Source of the DNA: a virus
Taxonomy: Duplodnaviria; Heunggongvirae; Uroviricota; Caudoviricetes
IMG/VR virus record: IMGVR_UViG_3300029549_000273
Length of the DNA stretch: 45,135 bases
Direction: 5' to 3' (one strand)
The translations under genes were made by a program, and so were the position numbers. The notes beneath the pieces are model-generated. The model did no database searches, was not told the origin of the DNA, and saw nothing but the letters and a program-made list of their open reading frames with translations. Of this stretch, positions 18,894-28,789 are shown in pieces; positions within the stretch are counted from its first letter, which is position 1; the number at the start of each line of letters is the position of its first letter.

Positions 18894-19079
18894 TTACTTG
18901 GATTTTTTGTTCTTGCTGCGGTCAAGCAGCTTGCGAACAACTGGGCCAAGCAGCCCAATGGCAAGCATCAGCAGATTCAGGCTGATGAAGCCGATTTGCC
19001 CGCACACGATGACGAGCTGGTGACGCCCCTCCAGGGCCGTCACCACGCCTTCACGGGTGGTGACGCCCTCAAAGAGCAT
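18894..19079 (-). CDS. 3' part (exon 2 side) of the intron-interrupted small membrane gene
   Basis: hydrophobic helix plus basic tail, directly after the intron 3' end. Confidence 0.4.
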   Translation of the reverse strand: MLFEGVTTREGVVTALEGRHQLVIVCGQIGFISLNLLMLAIGLLGPVVRKLLDRSKNKKSK

Positions 19080-19081
19080 CA

Positions 19082-21632
19082 GTAGGGTAAGAACCCGGCG
19101 CCTTGCCATATTGCTATGGTAGGTTTCCGAGAACTCCCCTCCGAACCGGACTTACACCTCTCAGCGTATCCGGCTCTCCAGATGTCAGTCTAATTTCCCA
19201 GCGTGTAACTTATCGTGACAGTAGACGCAGAGTGCCATTGTCTTGCGCTTACGCCCAATCATGGCGATTTCCCATTGTTTTCTGCCACTTAAATCTTTGA
19301 GTTTTCGTACATGGTGTATTTCAAGCGGCACATTTTCTGCGCCGCACCACTCGCATTGGTTCGCTTGCAGTCTTTTAATCAGGCTGTTGCGTCCATAATT
19401 CTCAACGGCTCGTGCTACTATATCGGGATTTCCGCTTTCTACTTTGGTATTCCGGCGGAAACCGTCATTGTAGAACAGCACTTTTCCCACCTTGCCGTTT
19501 TTCTTCGGATACTCCACAACAAAATCTTTCCCTTGACGGTACTTGCGGATAATTCTGCTGATTCGTGTCCGATATTTTCCAGCAAAGGTTTTGAGCATAC
19601 TGTATCTCATTACATAGTAGAAGTTATTGAGTACAGACACGTTGTTTGCAAGTCGGTAGTAGTTATACAATCCACGGATTTCTGCGTTGTATTGGTTTAG
19701 GATTTCCAAATCGTCCAAGTGCAACAGGCGAGTGCGCCGGACAGGTTCCCAAACCTCTTTGTTTCCATTTTGTTTGTCGTATTTAATCTTGAGGGCATTG
19801 TAGGAGAACAGTCGTTTTACCCACTTATCATGGGGAACATAAAGTAAGACTTTTCCATTGTTTACCCGTCTGGTAGCCCCGGTTTTGGTCTTTTTGTTGT
19901 GTTCGCCTTTGGCGATTGTGACCTCATATCCCAAGAACTTCGCAGCGTCGTGTCCATGAGTAATCAATGTCTTTTCCTCGGACATTTCCAGATGGAGTTT
20001 GTCCCGGATAAAGCAGCCTACATCTTGTTTAATCTGTTCTGCGTCCTCTTTGCTGCCGATAACTCCAATTAAGAAATCATCGGCATATCGGATATAGCAA
20101 ATCCGTTTATAGCTATCGTCCATCTGGTCGCTATACGGCATAGATTTCAGACTACGCCGCAGTTCCCGGATTTCTGCAATTAAGCCCTCTTTTTCTTCCT
20201 CGCTCATTTTAGAGAGATTTCTTTTAAGCCTTTGTTCTTTCCCCCGGCAGACATCCAGCTTCTTCTTGAACGCAGGATTGATTTTACGGCGGTTTCCGCA
20301 GTTGAATTTCTCTGCATACTCTGCCATATAGCTATCCAGTTCGTTCATGTAGATGTTTGCAAGGATAGGGCTGATGATGGAGCCTTGCGGAGTGCCGGAA
20401 TAAGTATTGTGATAATTCCAATCCTCCATATATCCAGCTTTCAAGAACTTCCAGAGCAGACCGATGAAATGTTCATCTGCAATCCGCTTTCGCAAAATAG
20501 CAATCAACACATGATGGTCTACGTTGTCAAAACAGCCCTTTATATCTCCCTCAACGAACCACTTTGTCCCCGTAAAATATTTCTGCACATATTTGAGTGC
20601 CGTATGACAGCTTCTGTTTATACGGAAACCGTGGGAATAGTCGCTAAAGGTTGGCTCATAAATACTCTCTAAGATGAGCCGCACCACCTCCTGTATCAGT
20701 TTATCGTCGAATGACGGTATCCCCAGAGGACGCATTTTCCCATTGGATTTCGGGATATACGTTCTCCTTGCCGGGTTAGGCTGATAACTAAAATCCCGCA
20801 TCTTTTCAATGAGGGCGTTTATCCTTGCCATTCCCATTCCGTCAATGGTTTTGCCGTCTGTTCCGGCTGTCATGTTGCCTGGTTTCGCCTGTATCCGCTG
20901 ATATGCCAGCAGATAGAATTGTGGATTGTACAGGTTGCGGTATAACCGCTCGTACTTGTAACTCTTGTTACACGCCTTGGATTTTAGGCTTTCCAACACA
21001 TTTTCAGGACTTCTCATAATGCCTCACGCACCTTTCCTTTTTATGAATTGGTTGACATCCTGCCTCCCTTCGCCATGTAGACGGCTTTCCCGCCCTCGGA
21101 CTACTACGGAGGCTCCGTTGCCATGCCGGATATTCAGCGTCATCTTTCTTGGGTTTTTACCCCTTGAAATTTATCGCCTTGCGGCATTACGCATAGCCGG
21201 ATAGTTCCGGCGTTCCGGTTTAGGCAATCTCCAGTTAGACACTTTGGGAAAAGCGTATTGTGATGTCGGTAGTGGGTTTTCGTCCTTTTCCGCTTACTGC
21301 GGCTGGCTGTCATAAGTATCGTGCGGTCTGTGTTTACCTGTCACATTCCGCTATGACATACGGCGAATACAACCATCCTGCGCCGTCGGGTCGAGTATCC
21401 CGCCTCGGACTGCCCTTAAAGCAGTTTAGCCTTGCTCCTCATTCACAATGTTGCGTCTTGCCGCTCAGTCGTGGGTAGATGGTTTTCCCAACTTGCGATT
21501 TTTCCGATACGCTATTGTCCCCCTTGTGGTTTCCCTCCGAGGTAAATCGGATGACGCTAAAGTGACGCTTTTCACGTCTTTGATACTTTTCTTTACCGGC
21601 TTGCTAAAGCCGGGTTCCCAAAATGCCCGCAC
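19082..21632 (-). mobile_element. group IIA intron (LtrB-like), apparently full length
   Basis: 5' GTGCG at 21632; domain V GAGCCGGATACGCTGAGAGGTGTAAGTCCGGTTCGG 19176-19141; domain VI with bulged A 7 nt from the ...ACCCTAC end; candidate EBS1 ACCGC (21327-21323) pairs with exon GCGGT; lower GC. Confidence 0.88.
19185..21017 (-). CDS. ltrA: group II intron reverse transcriptase/maturase with HNH endonuclease
   Basis: RPLGIP, GTPQG, YIRYADD, domain X, CEWC...EIHH...CVYCH. Confidence 0.93.
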   Translation of the reverse strand: MRSPENVLESLKSKACNKSYKYERLYRNLYNPQFYLLAYQRIQAKPGNMTAGTDGKTIDGMGMARINALIEKMRDFSYQPNPARRTYIPKSNGKMRPLGIPSFDDKLIQEVVRLILESIYEPTFSDYSHGFRINRSCHTALKYVQKYFTGTKWFVEGDIKGCFDNVDHHVLIAILRKRIADEHFIGLLWKFLKAGYMEDWNYHNTYSGTPQGSIISPILANIYMNELDSYMAEYAEKFNCGNRRKINPAFKKKLDVCRGKEQRLKRNLSKMSEEEKEGLIAEIRELRRSLKSMPYSDQMDDSYKRICYIRYADDFLIGVIGSKEDAEQIKQDVGCFIRDKLHLEMSEEKTLITHGHDAAKFLGYEVTIAKGEHNKKTKTGATRRVNNGKVLLYVPHDKWVKRLFSYNALKIKYDKQNGNKEVWEPVRRTRLLHLDDLEILNQYNAEIRGLYNYYRLANNVSVLNNFYYVMRYSMLKTFAGKYRTRISRIIRKYRQGKDFVVEYPKKNGKVGKVLFYNDGFRRNTKVESGNPDIVARAVENYGRNSLIKRLQANQCEWCGAENVPLEIHHVRKLKDLSGRKQWEIAMIGRKRKTMALCVYCHDKLHAGKLD

Positions 21633-21748
21633 ACCGCCTTTGGATGAAAAGCGGCGCTTCTGGACGCGCGGTAGACTCCGAGAAAGAGTCCGTAGACTTC
21701 GGCAGTCACGATGGCTGCCACGAGGATGGTGTTGAGGATGTTGAACAT
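21633..21748 (-). CDS. exon 1 of intron-interrupted small membrane gene
   Basis: AAGGAG RBS, MFNILNTILVAAIVTAEVYGLFLGVYRASRSAAFHPKA runs up to the intron. Confidence 0.55.
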
Positions 21749-22070
21749 AGCTATTTCTCCTTCATGAAGTTTTTTTAACTCCCATTCGCTCTGCGGCCGG
21801 GAGATAAATTACTTAAAATCAGAATTGCACGGCTGCGTCAGTAACAGCTGCCCCGTCTTAATTTGGGGCATACCGCATTACTGGTGCATCATTTTTCGAA
21901 GGAACCCGCGAAGATTCCTGCGCGTGCGGACTGAGTGTTGAAATTTGGTCCGATACGGCATCGACAGACCGGCTCTGCGGCTGCGTCCGTGTCGGCGCTT
22001 GCTCCAACACTTGAAATCGTCAGGTGTTATCAGACCAAATTACCCTTTGGGTAGATTTGAGTTGATGTAA

Positions 22071-22158
22071 GATACTTCTTTAATGTTACTCTGAGTTTAG
22101 CGCAAAAAAAGAAAAAGCCATGAATTATTGAATGGGAACCCAGGTTCCTGCATTCCTT
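22071..22158 (-). promoter_or_regulatory. degenerate regulatory module E7
   Basis: GATACTTC core, -10 TAAACT 22094-22099, box GGAACCCA at 22135 (35-nt gap) then inverted boxes. Confidence 0.6.
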
Positions 22159-22406
22159 ATAAAGAAATGGAGAGTTTTACAAAAAAATTGCAAAACTCTC
22201 CATTTTTGTTGAAATTTGTTCGTAATTGACACTAAATCATGCGTTCATGTGTTGACCGTTGTTGACGTCATTTTTCCAGCTCTCTATTTTTTCTTCCTTT
22301 TGAAAAAAAATTTCGCGGTTTTGTCATGTCCGCCGGTGCCTATCTATTCCTGGGTATCTTTGTCGCGGCCGCAGTCCGTCCCTCCTTCTGCAAAATACGC
22401 GGAGAT

Positions 22407-23114
22407 TCAACGTGCTACTGGGCGTCTGCGCTGCTTGAAATGCTTTTTATTCCTTCCCGTCATCATCTTCTTCTGCATCTCATTGGCAAGCGGAAGCGTA
22501 CGCTCCGGCTGGTCGTGAATCGCGATGTAGCTGAGCGTGTGCGCCGGGGTATACATCAGAATGTCTTGCAGGTGATATGCTTCTTCCCCGTTTTCGTCCA
22601 GTGGTTCAAAGTTGTTCTTATGGTACAGCTGGATTGGCCGCTTTCTGTAGTTGAATCGCCACTCTCCCGCAATGGATTTCACATGGGCGGTATCCGCATC
22701 GAGAAAACTCACCTCCAGTCCAAGTTTCCTCGCATAGGCCACTATCGCATCCTGGAACATCGCCTTCTTCATGTTCTCTGTCCGGCTGATGTACTGGCTC
22801 AGTTCCAGTTCATCCGGCGTAGCGGAGAAGCAGTTCGTACAGAGCGAAATTTGTGGGTTTCGCTGGAATGAACTAAGGTAGATGCGGTTTTTGAATGGGA
22901 TATTTTTGCACCGCTCGCATGAGCCTTTGTGACAAATTAAGGTCCGGTCGTCCATAATAAATCTTGCTCTCACCGTCCGCTGCGTCTCCGCTGTTTTCCG
23001 CAGTTTCCGAACCGCCATCTCGTGTGCCCTATCGTCCGGTGCGAACTTCTGAAGATGCAACGGCTGTGCATGAGCCGCTGTCGCATCCCGGTAGATTTCG
23101 CCATACACGCTCAA
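22407..23114 (-). CDS. hypothetical protein with CxxC pairs
   Basis: AAGGAGG RBS, TTG start. Confidence 0.6.
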   Translation of the reverse strand: MSVYGEIYRDATAAHAQPLHLQKFAPDDRAHEMAVRKLRKTAETQRTVRARFIMDDRTLICHKGSCERCKNIPFKNRIYLSSFQRNPQISLCTNCFSATPDELELSQYISRTENMKKAMFQDAIVAYARKLGLEVSFLDADTAHVKSIAGEWRFNYRKRPIQLYHKNNFEPLDENGEEAYHLQDILMYTPAHTLSYIAIHDQPERTLPLANEMQKKMMTGRNKKHFKQRRRPVAR

Positions 23115-23192
23115 GAGTACGCCTCCTTTCCGCCGTGTTGTCCGAGGTCAAGAAAAAATGCCCGCCCGAAATGGGCGGGCATTCAGATTAGC

Positions 23193-24038
23193 TCAGGTGG
23201 CCTCGTATGCGGTCACAACATAGCGGTAATCACGCTCATTTGCGACGCAGGTAATCAGGGTAATACGGTTATCCGTAGTGCGGCTCAGGCAGTTCATATT
23301 GGTTTCCAAAACCTTGTCCACAGTAGAAACCTTGTAGGTTCTCGTACCGTATTGCGTGTTCAGCACAATCTTGTCTCCGGACTTCAGTGTATGAATTTTT
23401 CCGAAGTTGTTTTGAACTCCACGATTGTGTCCCGCAAGGCACACATTGCCATCCCAGATGGAGGAATCAATCACATGGCCAGCTCCGTACTTCATATTCT
23501 CGTTGGAGGTTCCTTCGGTGATGGTGTAATTGATTTTCAGCGCGGGAATCTTGATAGTTCCCAGCTTTCCCTTCGAATTGTAGGACGTCGATGTGACTGC
23601 CGTGAACTTGGTCGTTGCCTGAGTTGGTGTCGCAGTGTTTGCGGGTGTCACCGCGCCATAGGAACCGCTGCCACCGTCAACAGTCGGGAAACCATCAGCT
23701 CCAACAGAAACACTGCCGCCGGTGATAGCATCGGTCAGACTGCCGGGACCGACTGCGACATTATCGCTTCCGTCAATTCCGCGCAGGTCAATGAGTTTCT
23801 CAGACCTGTTAGGCAGATACGATTCCGGCGTTCCAAATCCGGGAGGCGCGTATGCCGCATTCTTGCTGTAATCCGACGCGCTGTCTGCGGCTGGGATTTC
23901 AAATTCTACCGACGTGATAGGGCCGAAGTTGCGTTCCTTGGCTCCTTCAACGGTGTAACTCATGGCGTTGGCGGGAAGTGCCGCCAACGATGCGGTCATT
24001 ACTGTCGCGACCACAAACGCCCCAATGCGTTTCTTCAC
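23193..24038 (-). CDS. sortase (class D-like) with N-terminal signal/anchor
   Basis: LAGHNRG, ITLITC...R catalytic triad. Confidence 0.85.
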   Translation of the reverse strand: MKKRIGAFVVATVMTASLAALPANAMSYTVEGAKERNFGPITSVEFEIPAADSASDYSKNAAYAPPGFGTPESYLPNRSEKLIDLRGIDGSDNVAVGPGSLTDAITGGSVSVGADGFPTVDGGSGSYGAVTPANTATPTQATTKFTAVTSTSYNSKGKLGTIKIPALKINYTITEGTSNENMKYGAGHVIDSSIWDGNVCLAGHNRGVQNNFGKIHTLKSGDKIVLNTQYGTRTYKVSTVDKVLETNMNCLSRTTDNRITLITCVANERDYRYVVTAYEAT

Positions 24039-24099
24039 GAAAAATCTCCTTTCTCAGTCAAAATGGTTGTAAGGTGTGGTGGGACTTGAAAACAAAGGC

Positions 24100-25026
24100 T
24101 TACTTCTTTTTCTCGTCCGGCTGATTCTGGTAAATTTCCTCGACCGTCACAGTCTTGTCTTCCTTCTTGCCGAAGAGAATGGGCCACAGAAAATACAGCA
24201 GCCCGACCAGCATTGCAAAGAACAGTACGGTGAACAGAACCATGAATCCGTTGGTCGTGCCGTCCTCATTCAGATAGACGTCATACCAATGAGAAGGCTC
24301 TTCCTCCGGTGCGAACAGGAGCGTGCAGAGGTAGCCCTCAACCTCGTCCTTTTCCACCGTTCCATAGTAATTGACCTCGTAGGCATAACCCTTAGCATAG
24401 CTGTAGCCAACCTTGCCGGAGTATGTCGCGGTTGCAGTAAAGCGGTTGCCAATATCGGGGTCATACGGATTATACTGCGCATCCTCACTCCAGGAGCAGT
24501 TTACCAGCTGAAGGGTTGCGCCGCCGGAGGTAACGGTTTTCGGGACAAGGGACAAATCGCCGTCAGACATACCGGGATACGTCTTGGTCACAGTCTTCTT
24601 CTGAGAACCCTTACCATACTCCGTAACGGTGGTCGTCAGCGTAGACGCATCCAGCGTCAACTCGCCGGCATACCCATCATCGGTCACTTCATCGAGGTTG
24701 ACTTCGAGAGTTGCGAGGATTTTGGCCTTATCGTTGGTATCGGACTCACCGGATACCTTCTTGACCATGTTCTTCTCGTCGTGGACCTCCTGCGGCTCCA
24801 CGGTCATATCGAGGTAATTATAGGTCTTGCCCTTGTAGGTGAAGGAGCTGCGGTCAAGAAGCTCGATTTCCTTCTCCGTCTCCACCATGTAGACCTTTTG
24901 GGCAAGCCCTGTGTCATCAGACGGATAGTAGACATCCTGCGGGAACTGCATGGCACTGGCTGATACCACCGTGGACGCCATGATTGCCCCCGTCATCAGG
25001 AGACTTGCGAGACGTTCTTTTTTCAC
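24100..25026 (-). CDS. secreted protein with C-terminal TM anchor
   Basis: signal peptide (ASA cleavage), C-terminal hydrophobic helix. Confidence 0.7.
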   Translation of the reverse strand: MKKERLASLLMTGAIMASTVVSASAMQFPQDVYYPSDDTGLAQKVYMVETEKEIELLDRSSFTYKGKTYNYLDMTVEPQEVHDEKNMVKKVSGESDTNDKAKILATLEVNLDEVTDDGYAGELTLDASTLTTTVTEYGKGSQKKTVTKTYPGMSDGDLSLVPKTVTSGGATLQLVNCSWSEDAQYNPYDPDIGNRFTATATYSGKVGYSYAKGYAYEVNYYGTVEKDEVEGYLCTLLFAPEEEPSHWYDVYLNEDGTTNGFMVLFTVLFFAMLVGLLYFLWPILFGKKEDKTVTVEEIYQNQPDEKKK

Positions 25027-25048
25027 TGTTTCATTCCTCCTGCCTATC

Positions 25049-25387
25049 TTAAAGGCCTTCTGTTCTGGAGGAATCCTTGGCGACGGTGGAATTCTTCTTC
25101 CGCTTGCCGCCCTTCTTGCCCTTCGTCAGGTACAATGCGCCAAGACCGACGGCGCAAATACCGACAACGAGCAGCTCGCCTCCAGTGCTGGTAATGAAGT
25201 CACTGTACTTGGCTAATGCGCCCTTCTCGGACCCGGTGTCCGTGTCCGCAGTAACGACTTCGGTCTGCTGCGTCGGCTCACTGGAGGCTGTGTCTGCGGG
25301 TTCGTTGGCCGCGAGTGCAGTGCAGGTAAACAGGGACACAGCCATCACGGTTGCCGCCAGAGCCGAAAGAAAACGCTGGTTTTTCAT
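25049..25387 (-). CDS. small secreted protein with sorting-signal-like C-terminus
   Basis: signal peptide; ITSTG, hydrophobic stretch, Lys-rich tail. Confidence 0.65.
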   Translation of the reverse strand: MKNQRFLSALAATVMAVSLFTCTALAANEPADTASSEPTQQTEVVTADTDTGSEKGALAKYSDFITSTGGELLVVGICAVGLGALYLTKGKKGGKRKKNSTVAKDSSRTEGL

Positions 25388-25453
25388 GTGAATACACTCC
25401 TTTTCGTTTTAATATGTGATTGCGAGTATCCCCGCCATTCACATTTCCACTAT

Positions 25454-25482
25454 ATTATACCACTTAAAATTCTTGTAGTCAA
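25454..25482 (-). promoter_or_regulatory. canonical sigma-A promoter (sortase operon)
   Basis: TTGACT-17nt-TATAAT with extended TG. Confidence 0.8.
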
Positions 25483-25619
25483 TTTTTTGCAGAATTTAAT
25501 GTGAAATACCTGAGCAAAAAAGAAGGACGTCCAATGGACGTCCTTCTGCGGGGTGTTCTTTGGCAAGGTGGATTTTTCTGTTCATTTGCTCGAAAGCGCT
25601 TTTTCGGTTATGTCGGTTC

Positions 25620-27824
25620 TCACAGATGAAGCACGCGCTCGCGAATCTCCTGCGTGCGGCCCTGATTCCAGAACTGCGTACCAATGTAGCCGCAGGTTCG
25701 GCGGGCAACATTCATCTTGTGCTGGTCGCGATTTCCGCAGTTTGGGCATTCCCAAACGAGCTTTCCGCCATCTTCGACAATTTGAATTTCGCCGTCATAG
25801 CCGCAGACCTGGCAATAATCAGACTTGGTATTCAGCTCTGCGTACATGATATTTTCATAGATGAACTGAATAACGCTGATAACCGCAGGAATGTTCTGCG
25901 TCATGTTTGGCACCTCAACGTAGCTGACGGCACCACCGGGAGAAAGAGCCTGAAACTCAGACTCAAAACTCAACTTGGCGAAGGCGTCGATGGGTTCGCG
26001 CACATTGACGTGGTAGGAATTCGTAATGTAGTCATGGTCGGAAACCTCCGGCACAACGCCGAACTTGGCCTTGAGTGCCTTAGCAAATTTGTAGGTCGTA
26101 GACTCCAGCGGCGTGCCGTAGAGGGAGTAGTCGATATTCTCCGCTTTCTTCCACTCCGCGCATTTGTCGTTCATTTTCTGCATGATGGCCAGAGCCAGCG
26201 GCTTACCTTCCTTGTCTGTGTGGCTGTGTCCGGTAAGGTAGTAGACCGCTTCATAGAGTCCGGCGTAACCCAAGGAAATTGTGGAGTATCCGTTGTAAAG
26301 CAGCTTGTCGATGGTCTCACCCTTTGCAAGGCGGGCCAAAGCGCCGTGTTGCCACAGAATAGGCGCGACATCTGATACCGTACCGAGCAGGTGTTCGTGG
26401 CGTAGGCGCAGCGCACGATGACACAACTCCAGCGTTTCATCGAACTCTTTCCAGAAAGCATCAAGGTCTTTGCCGGAATCCATCGCTACAAACGGAAGAT
26501 TCACGGTCACAACGCCTTGATTAAAGCGCCCATAATACTTGTGCTTTCCGGGGACATAGTTTTTGGCGTTAGCGATATTTCCTATACCGGCATCCGTGAA
26601 ACGGTCCGGCGTCAGGAAACTGCGGCAGCCCATGCAAGGATAGATGTCGCCTTTGAGTTCCAACATTTTCTTCTCGCTGATGTAATCAGGAGTAAGATGC
26701 TTTGCGGAGCACTTTGCTGCCAGCTTTGTCAGCCAGAAGTATTTGCTGTCTTCGTAAGTGTTGTCCTCTTCCAGAAAATACAGGAGCTTCGGAAAAGCAG
26801 GTGCGACCCAAACGCCGACCTCATTCTTTACGCCCTGAATGCGCTGACGGAGCATTTCCGCGATGACCATAGCAAGGTCGTTTCGCAGACCTTCATCGTC
26901 ACCGCATTCGTTGAGACACATACAGACCGAGATAAACGGAGCCTGTCCGTTGGTCGTCATCAGCGTCACCACTTGATACTGAATGATTTGGACTCCCTTT
27001 TTCACATCCTCCTTTACACGCTCCTCGGCAATCAGATTGATTTGGTCCTCGGATGCCTGAATCCCGGCCAGCGTCAATTCTTCTCTTACAGCAGTGCGGA
27101 ATTTTTGACGGCTGACCTCCACAAAGGGAGCCAGATGCGTCAGGGTAATGGTCTGGCCGCCGTACTGGCTCGACGCTACCTGCGCGATGATTTGTGTTGC
27201 GATGTTGCAGGCGGTGGAGAAGCTGTGAGGCTTTTCAATGAGTGTTCCAGTAATGACCGTTCCATTCTGGAGCATATCCTCCAGATTCACCAGGTCGCAG
27301 TTATGAATGGGCTGGGCCGAATAATCCGTATCGTGAAAATGAATACGTCCCTCGTCATGTGCCGCCGTGATTTCGGCGGGCAGGATAAGTCTGCGTGTCA
27401 GGTCGCGATTTACCTCACCAGCAATATAGTCTCGCTGGGTGGAAACGATATCGGGATTTTTATTCGAATTCTCCTCCTTCGCATCCGCACTACTGCGGTG
27501 CAGAATGGCAAGGATTTTGTCATCGGTCGTATTCGCCTTCCGCATCAGCTCGTGCTGATAGCGATATACGGCGTAATTCTTTGCCAGACGGTAAGCGCCG
27601 GCCTTCGCGATGGCATATTCCACCATGTCCTGTACGGATTCTACGGTCGGAATGGTTTTCATGTTTGAGCAGGCGTTCTCAATGCTCAAAGCAATACCTG
27701 CTATGATGTCACGGTCGAGACGCTCTGGTATCGAAACACTGGCGTTGGCCTTCTCAATGGCTCTCTCAATTTTACTGCGGTCGAAGAGAACCTCCTCGCC
27801 GCTACGTTTTCTGATTTTCAACAT
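25620..27824 (-). CDS. nrdD: class III anaerobic ribonucleoside-triphosphate reductase
   Basis: N-terminal ATP cone, MGCRSF, Zn ribbon CQVC/CPNC, RRTCGYI glycyl-radical motif. Confidence 0.95.
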   Translation of the reverse strand: MLKIRKRSGEEVLFDRSKIERAIEKANASVSIPERLDRDIIAGIALSIENACSNMKTIPTVESVQDMVEYAIAKAGAYRLAKNYAVYRYQHELMRKANTTDDKILAILHRSSADAKEENSNKNPDIVSTQRDYIAGEVNRDLTRRLILPAEITAAHDEGRIHFHDTDYSAQPIHNCDLVNLEDMLQNGTVITGTLIEKPHSFSTACNIATQIIAQVASSQYGGQTITLTHLAPFVEVSRQKFRTAVREELTLAGIQASEDQINLIAEERVKEDVKKGVQIIQYQVVTLMTTNGQAPFISVCMCLNECGDDEGLRNDLAMVIAEMLRQRIQGVKNEVGVWVAPAFPKLLYFLEEDNTYEDSKYFWLTKLAAKCSAKHLTPDYISEKKMLELKGDIYPCMGCRSFLTPDRFTDAGIGNIANAKNYVPGKHKYYGRFNQGVVTVNLPFVAMDSGKDLDAFWKEFDETLELCHRALRLRHEHLLGTVSDVAPILWQHGALARLAKGETIDKLLYNGYSTISLGYAGLYEAVYYLTGHSHTDKEGKPLALAIMQKMNDKCAEWKKAENIDYSLYGTPLESTTYKFAKALKAKFGVVPEVSDHDYITNSYHVNVREPIDAFAKLSFESEFQALSPGGAVSYVEVPNMTQNIPAVISVIQFIYENIMYAELNTKSDYCQVCGYDGEIQIVEDGGKLVWECPNCGNRDQHKMNVARRTCGYIGTQFWNQGRTQEIRERVLHL

Positions 27825-28024
27825 GGTTCTTCTCCTTTCAATAAAAAAACTGTCTTATTCTTATATTGCCGTGCTTTCTTCAAGAAACATACTACTTCTG
27901 CCGGGAACCTGAACACTTGAGTTCCTGTATTCCCTGCACGCACTGCTTTGGATGTTTCTGTACCCTATAGAGAGGCATAGCGGAACGTCCCAATAGGACA
28001 TTCCGCTATGCGTTGTGTATTTGG

Positions 28025-28579
28025 TTACGCGGCTCCTTTTGCCGGCACACGCTCATAGAGTACGACGTCATCGCCCTCCACAGCGCGTTCCACCAGCTTC
28101 CACGTCTGGTGGTCATCTGAGAACCAGACCGCATCACCGGCGTAAATAGACGGCAGCCCGGACATGAGCAGCCAGTCCTCCATCGTATCGCACACCGTAT
28201 CGCTCAAGGCAGAGCGGCGGCATAGGATACGGCCTGTACGGACGGTCTCTTTCCCTTTCGGTACAGAAAGCTCAAAGTGCGCCATTCTGACGCCGGAGGA
28301 CATGGTGAAGGTATCGACCATGCCTCTCCGCTCAATATAGCGGTCTATACGGCGCTCAAGTGCCTGGATGTTCTTCGTGCAGATGTGCTTGCCAAGATAG
28401 GCAATGGCAAATCCGCCGGAGACCACAGACAGGCTCTTGAAAAGCTCGGCGTCGGTCAGATTACCGGCGTCAGATGCTCCCGCTACCGAGAGAAGCGCTA
28501 CAGCAGCTACAACGATGGCCGCTGTAAAGGCGGAGCTGAGAAGCTGATAGGCTCGCAGACTCTTTTTTACACGTTTCAT
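28025..28579 (-). CDS. hypothetical membrane protein
   Basis: two N-terminal hydrophobic helices, AAGGAG RBS. Confidence 0.65.
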   Translation of the reverse strand: MKRVKKSLRAYQLLSSAFTAAIVVAAVALLSVAGASDAGNLTDAELFKSLSVVSGGFAIAYLGKHICTKNIQALERRIDRYIERRGMVDTFTMSSGVRMAHFELSVPKGKETVRTGRILCRRSALSDTVCDTMEDWLLMSGLPSIYAGDAVWFSDDHQTWKLVERAVEGDDVVLYERVPAKGAA

Positions 28580-28582
28580 TTT

Positions 28583-28786
28583 TCATTTCTCCTTTTTGTT
28601 TACTTGTTTCACAACCACCAAGTCCACCGCCTCAAACTCCACAATGTCATCAAGATGGAAGGACGAGACGAAGTTGCCAACAATAACGTTCACAAAGCGG
28701 TACTTCCCGTTGTTACAGTACAGCACCTTGTCGGCCTTGTAATGTCGTGTGTACTTGTCGTCTTTGCAGCGTACTTTCACGTCCAT
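28583..28786 (-). CDS. small hypothetical protein
   Basis: GGAGG RBS, tight operon. Confidence 0.55.
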   Translation of the reverse strand: MDVKVRCKDDKYTRHYKADKVLYCNNGKYRFVNVIVGNFVSSFHLDDIVEFEAVDLVVVKQVNKKEK

Positions 28787-28789
28787 TAC

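Noticed and set aside
19185..21017. Retron, DGR or defence-associated RT
   Set aside because: Domain X, HNH and ribozyme domains V/VI identify an ordinary group II intron
22135..22148. Firmicute LexA (Cheo) box GAAC-N4-GTTC
   Set aside because: It fits here and at direct/inverted junctions (2298, 2889, 40183), but most sites are direct repeats upstream of the -35 region, unlike LexA operators; not fully excluded
23022..27668. Long plus-strand ORFs (355, 295, 271, 416 aa)
   Set aside because: Antisense shadows of the sortase operon and nrdD with no recognisable motifs
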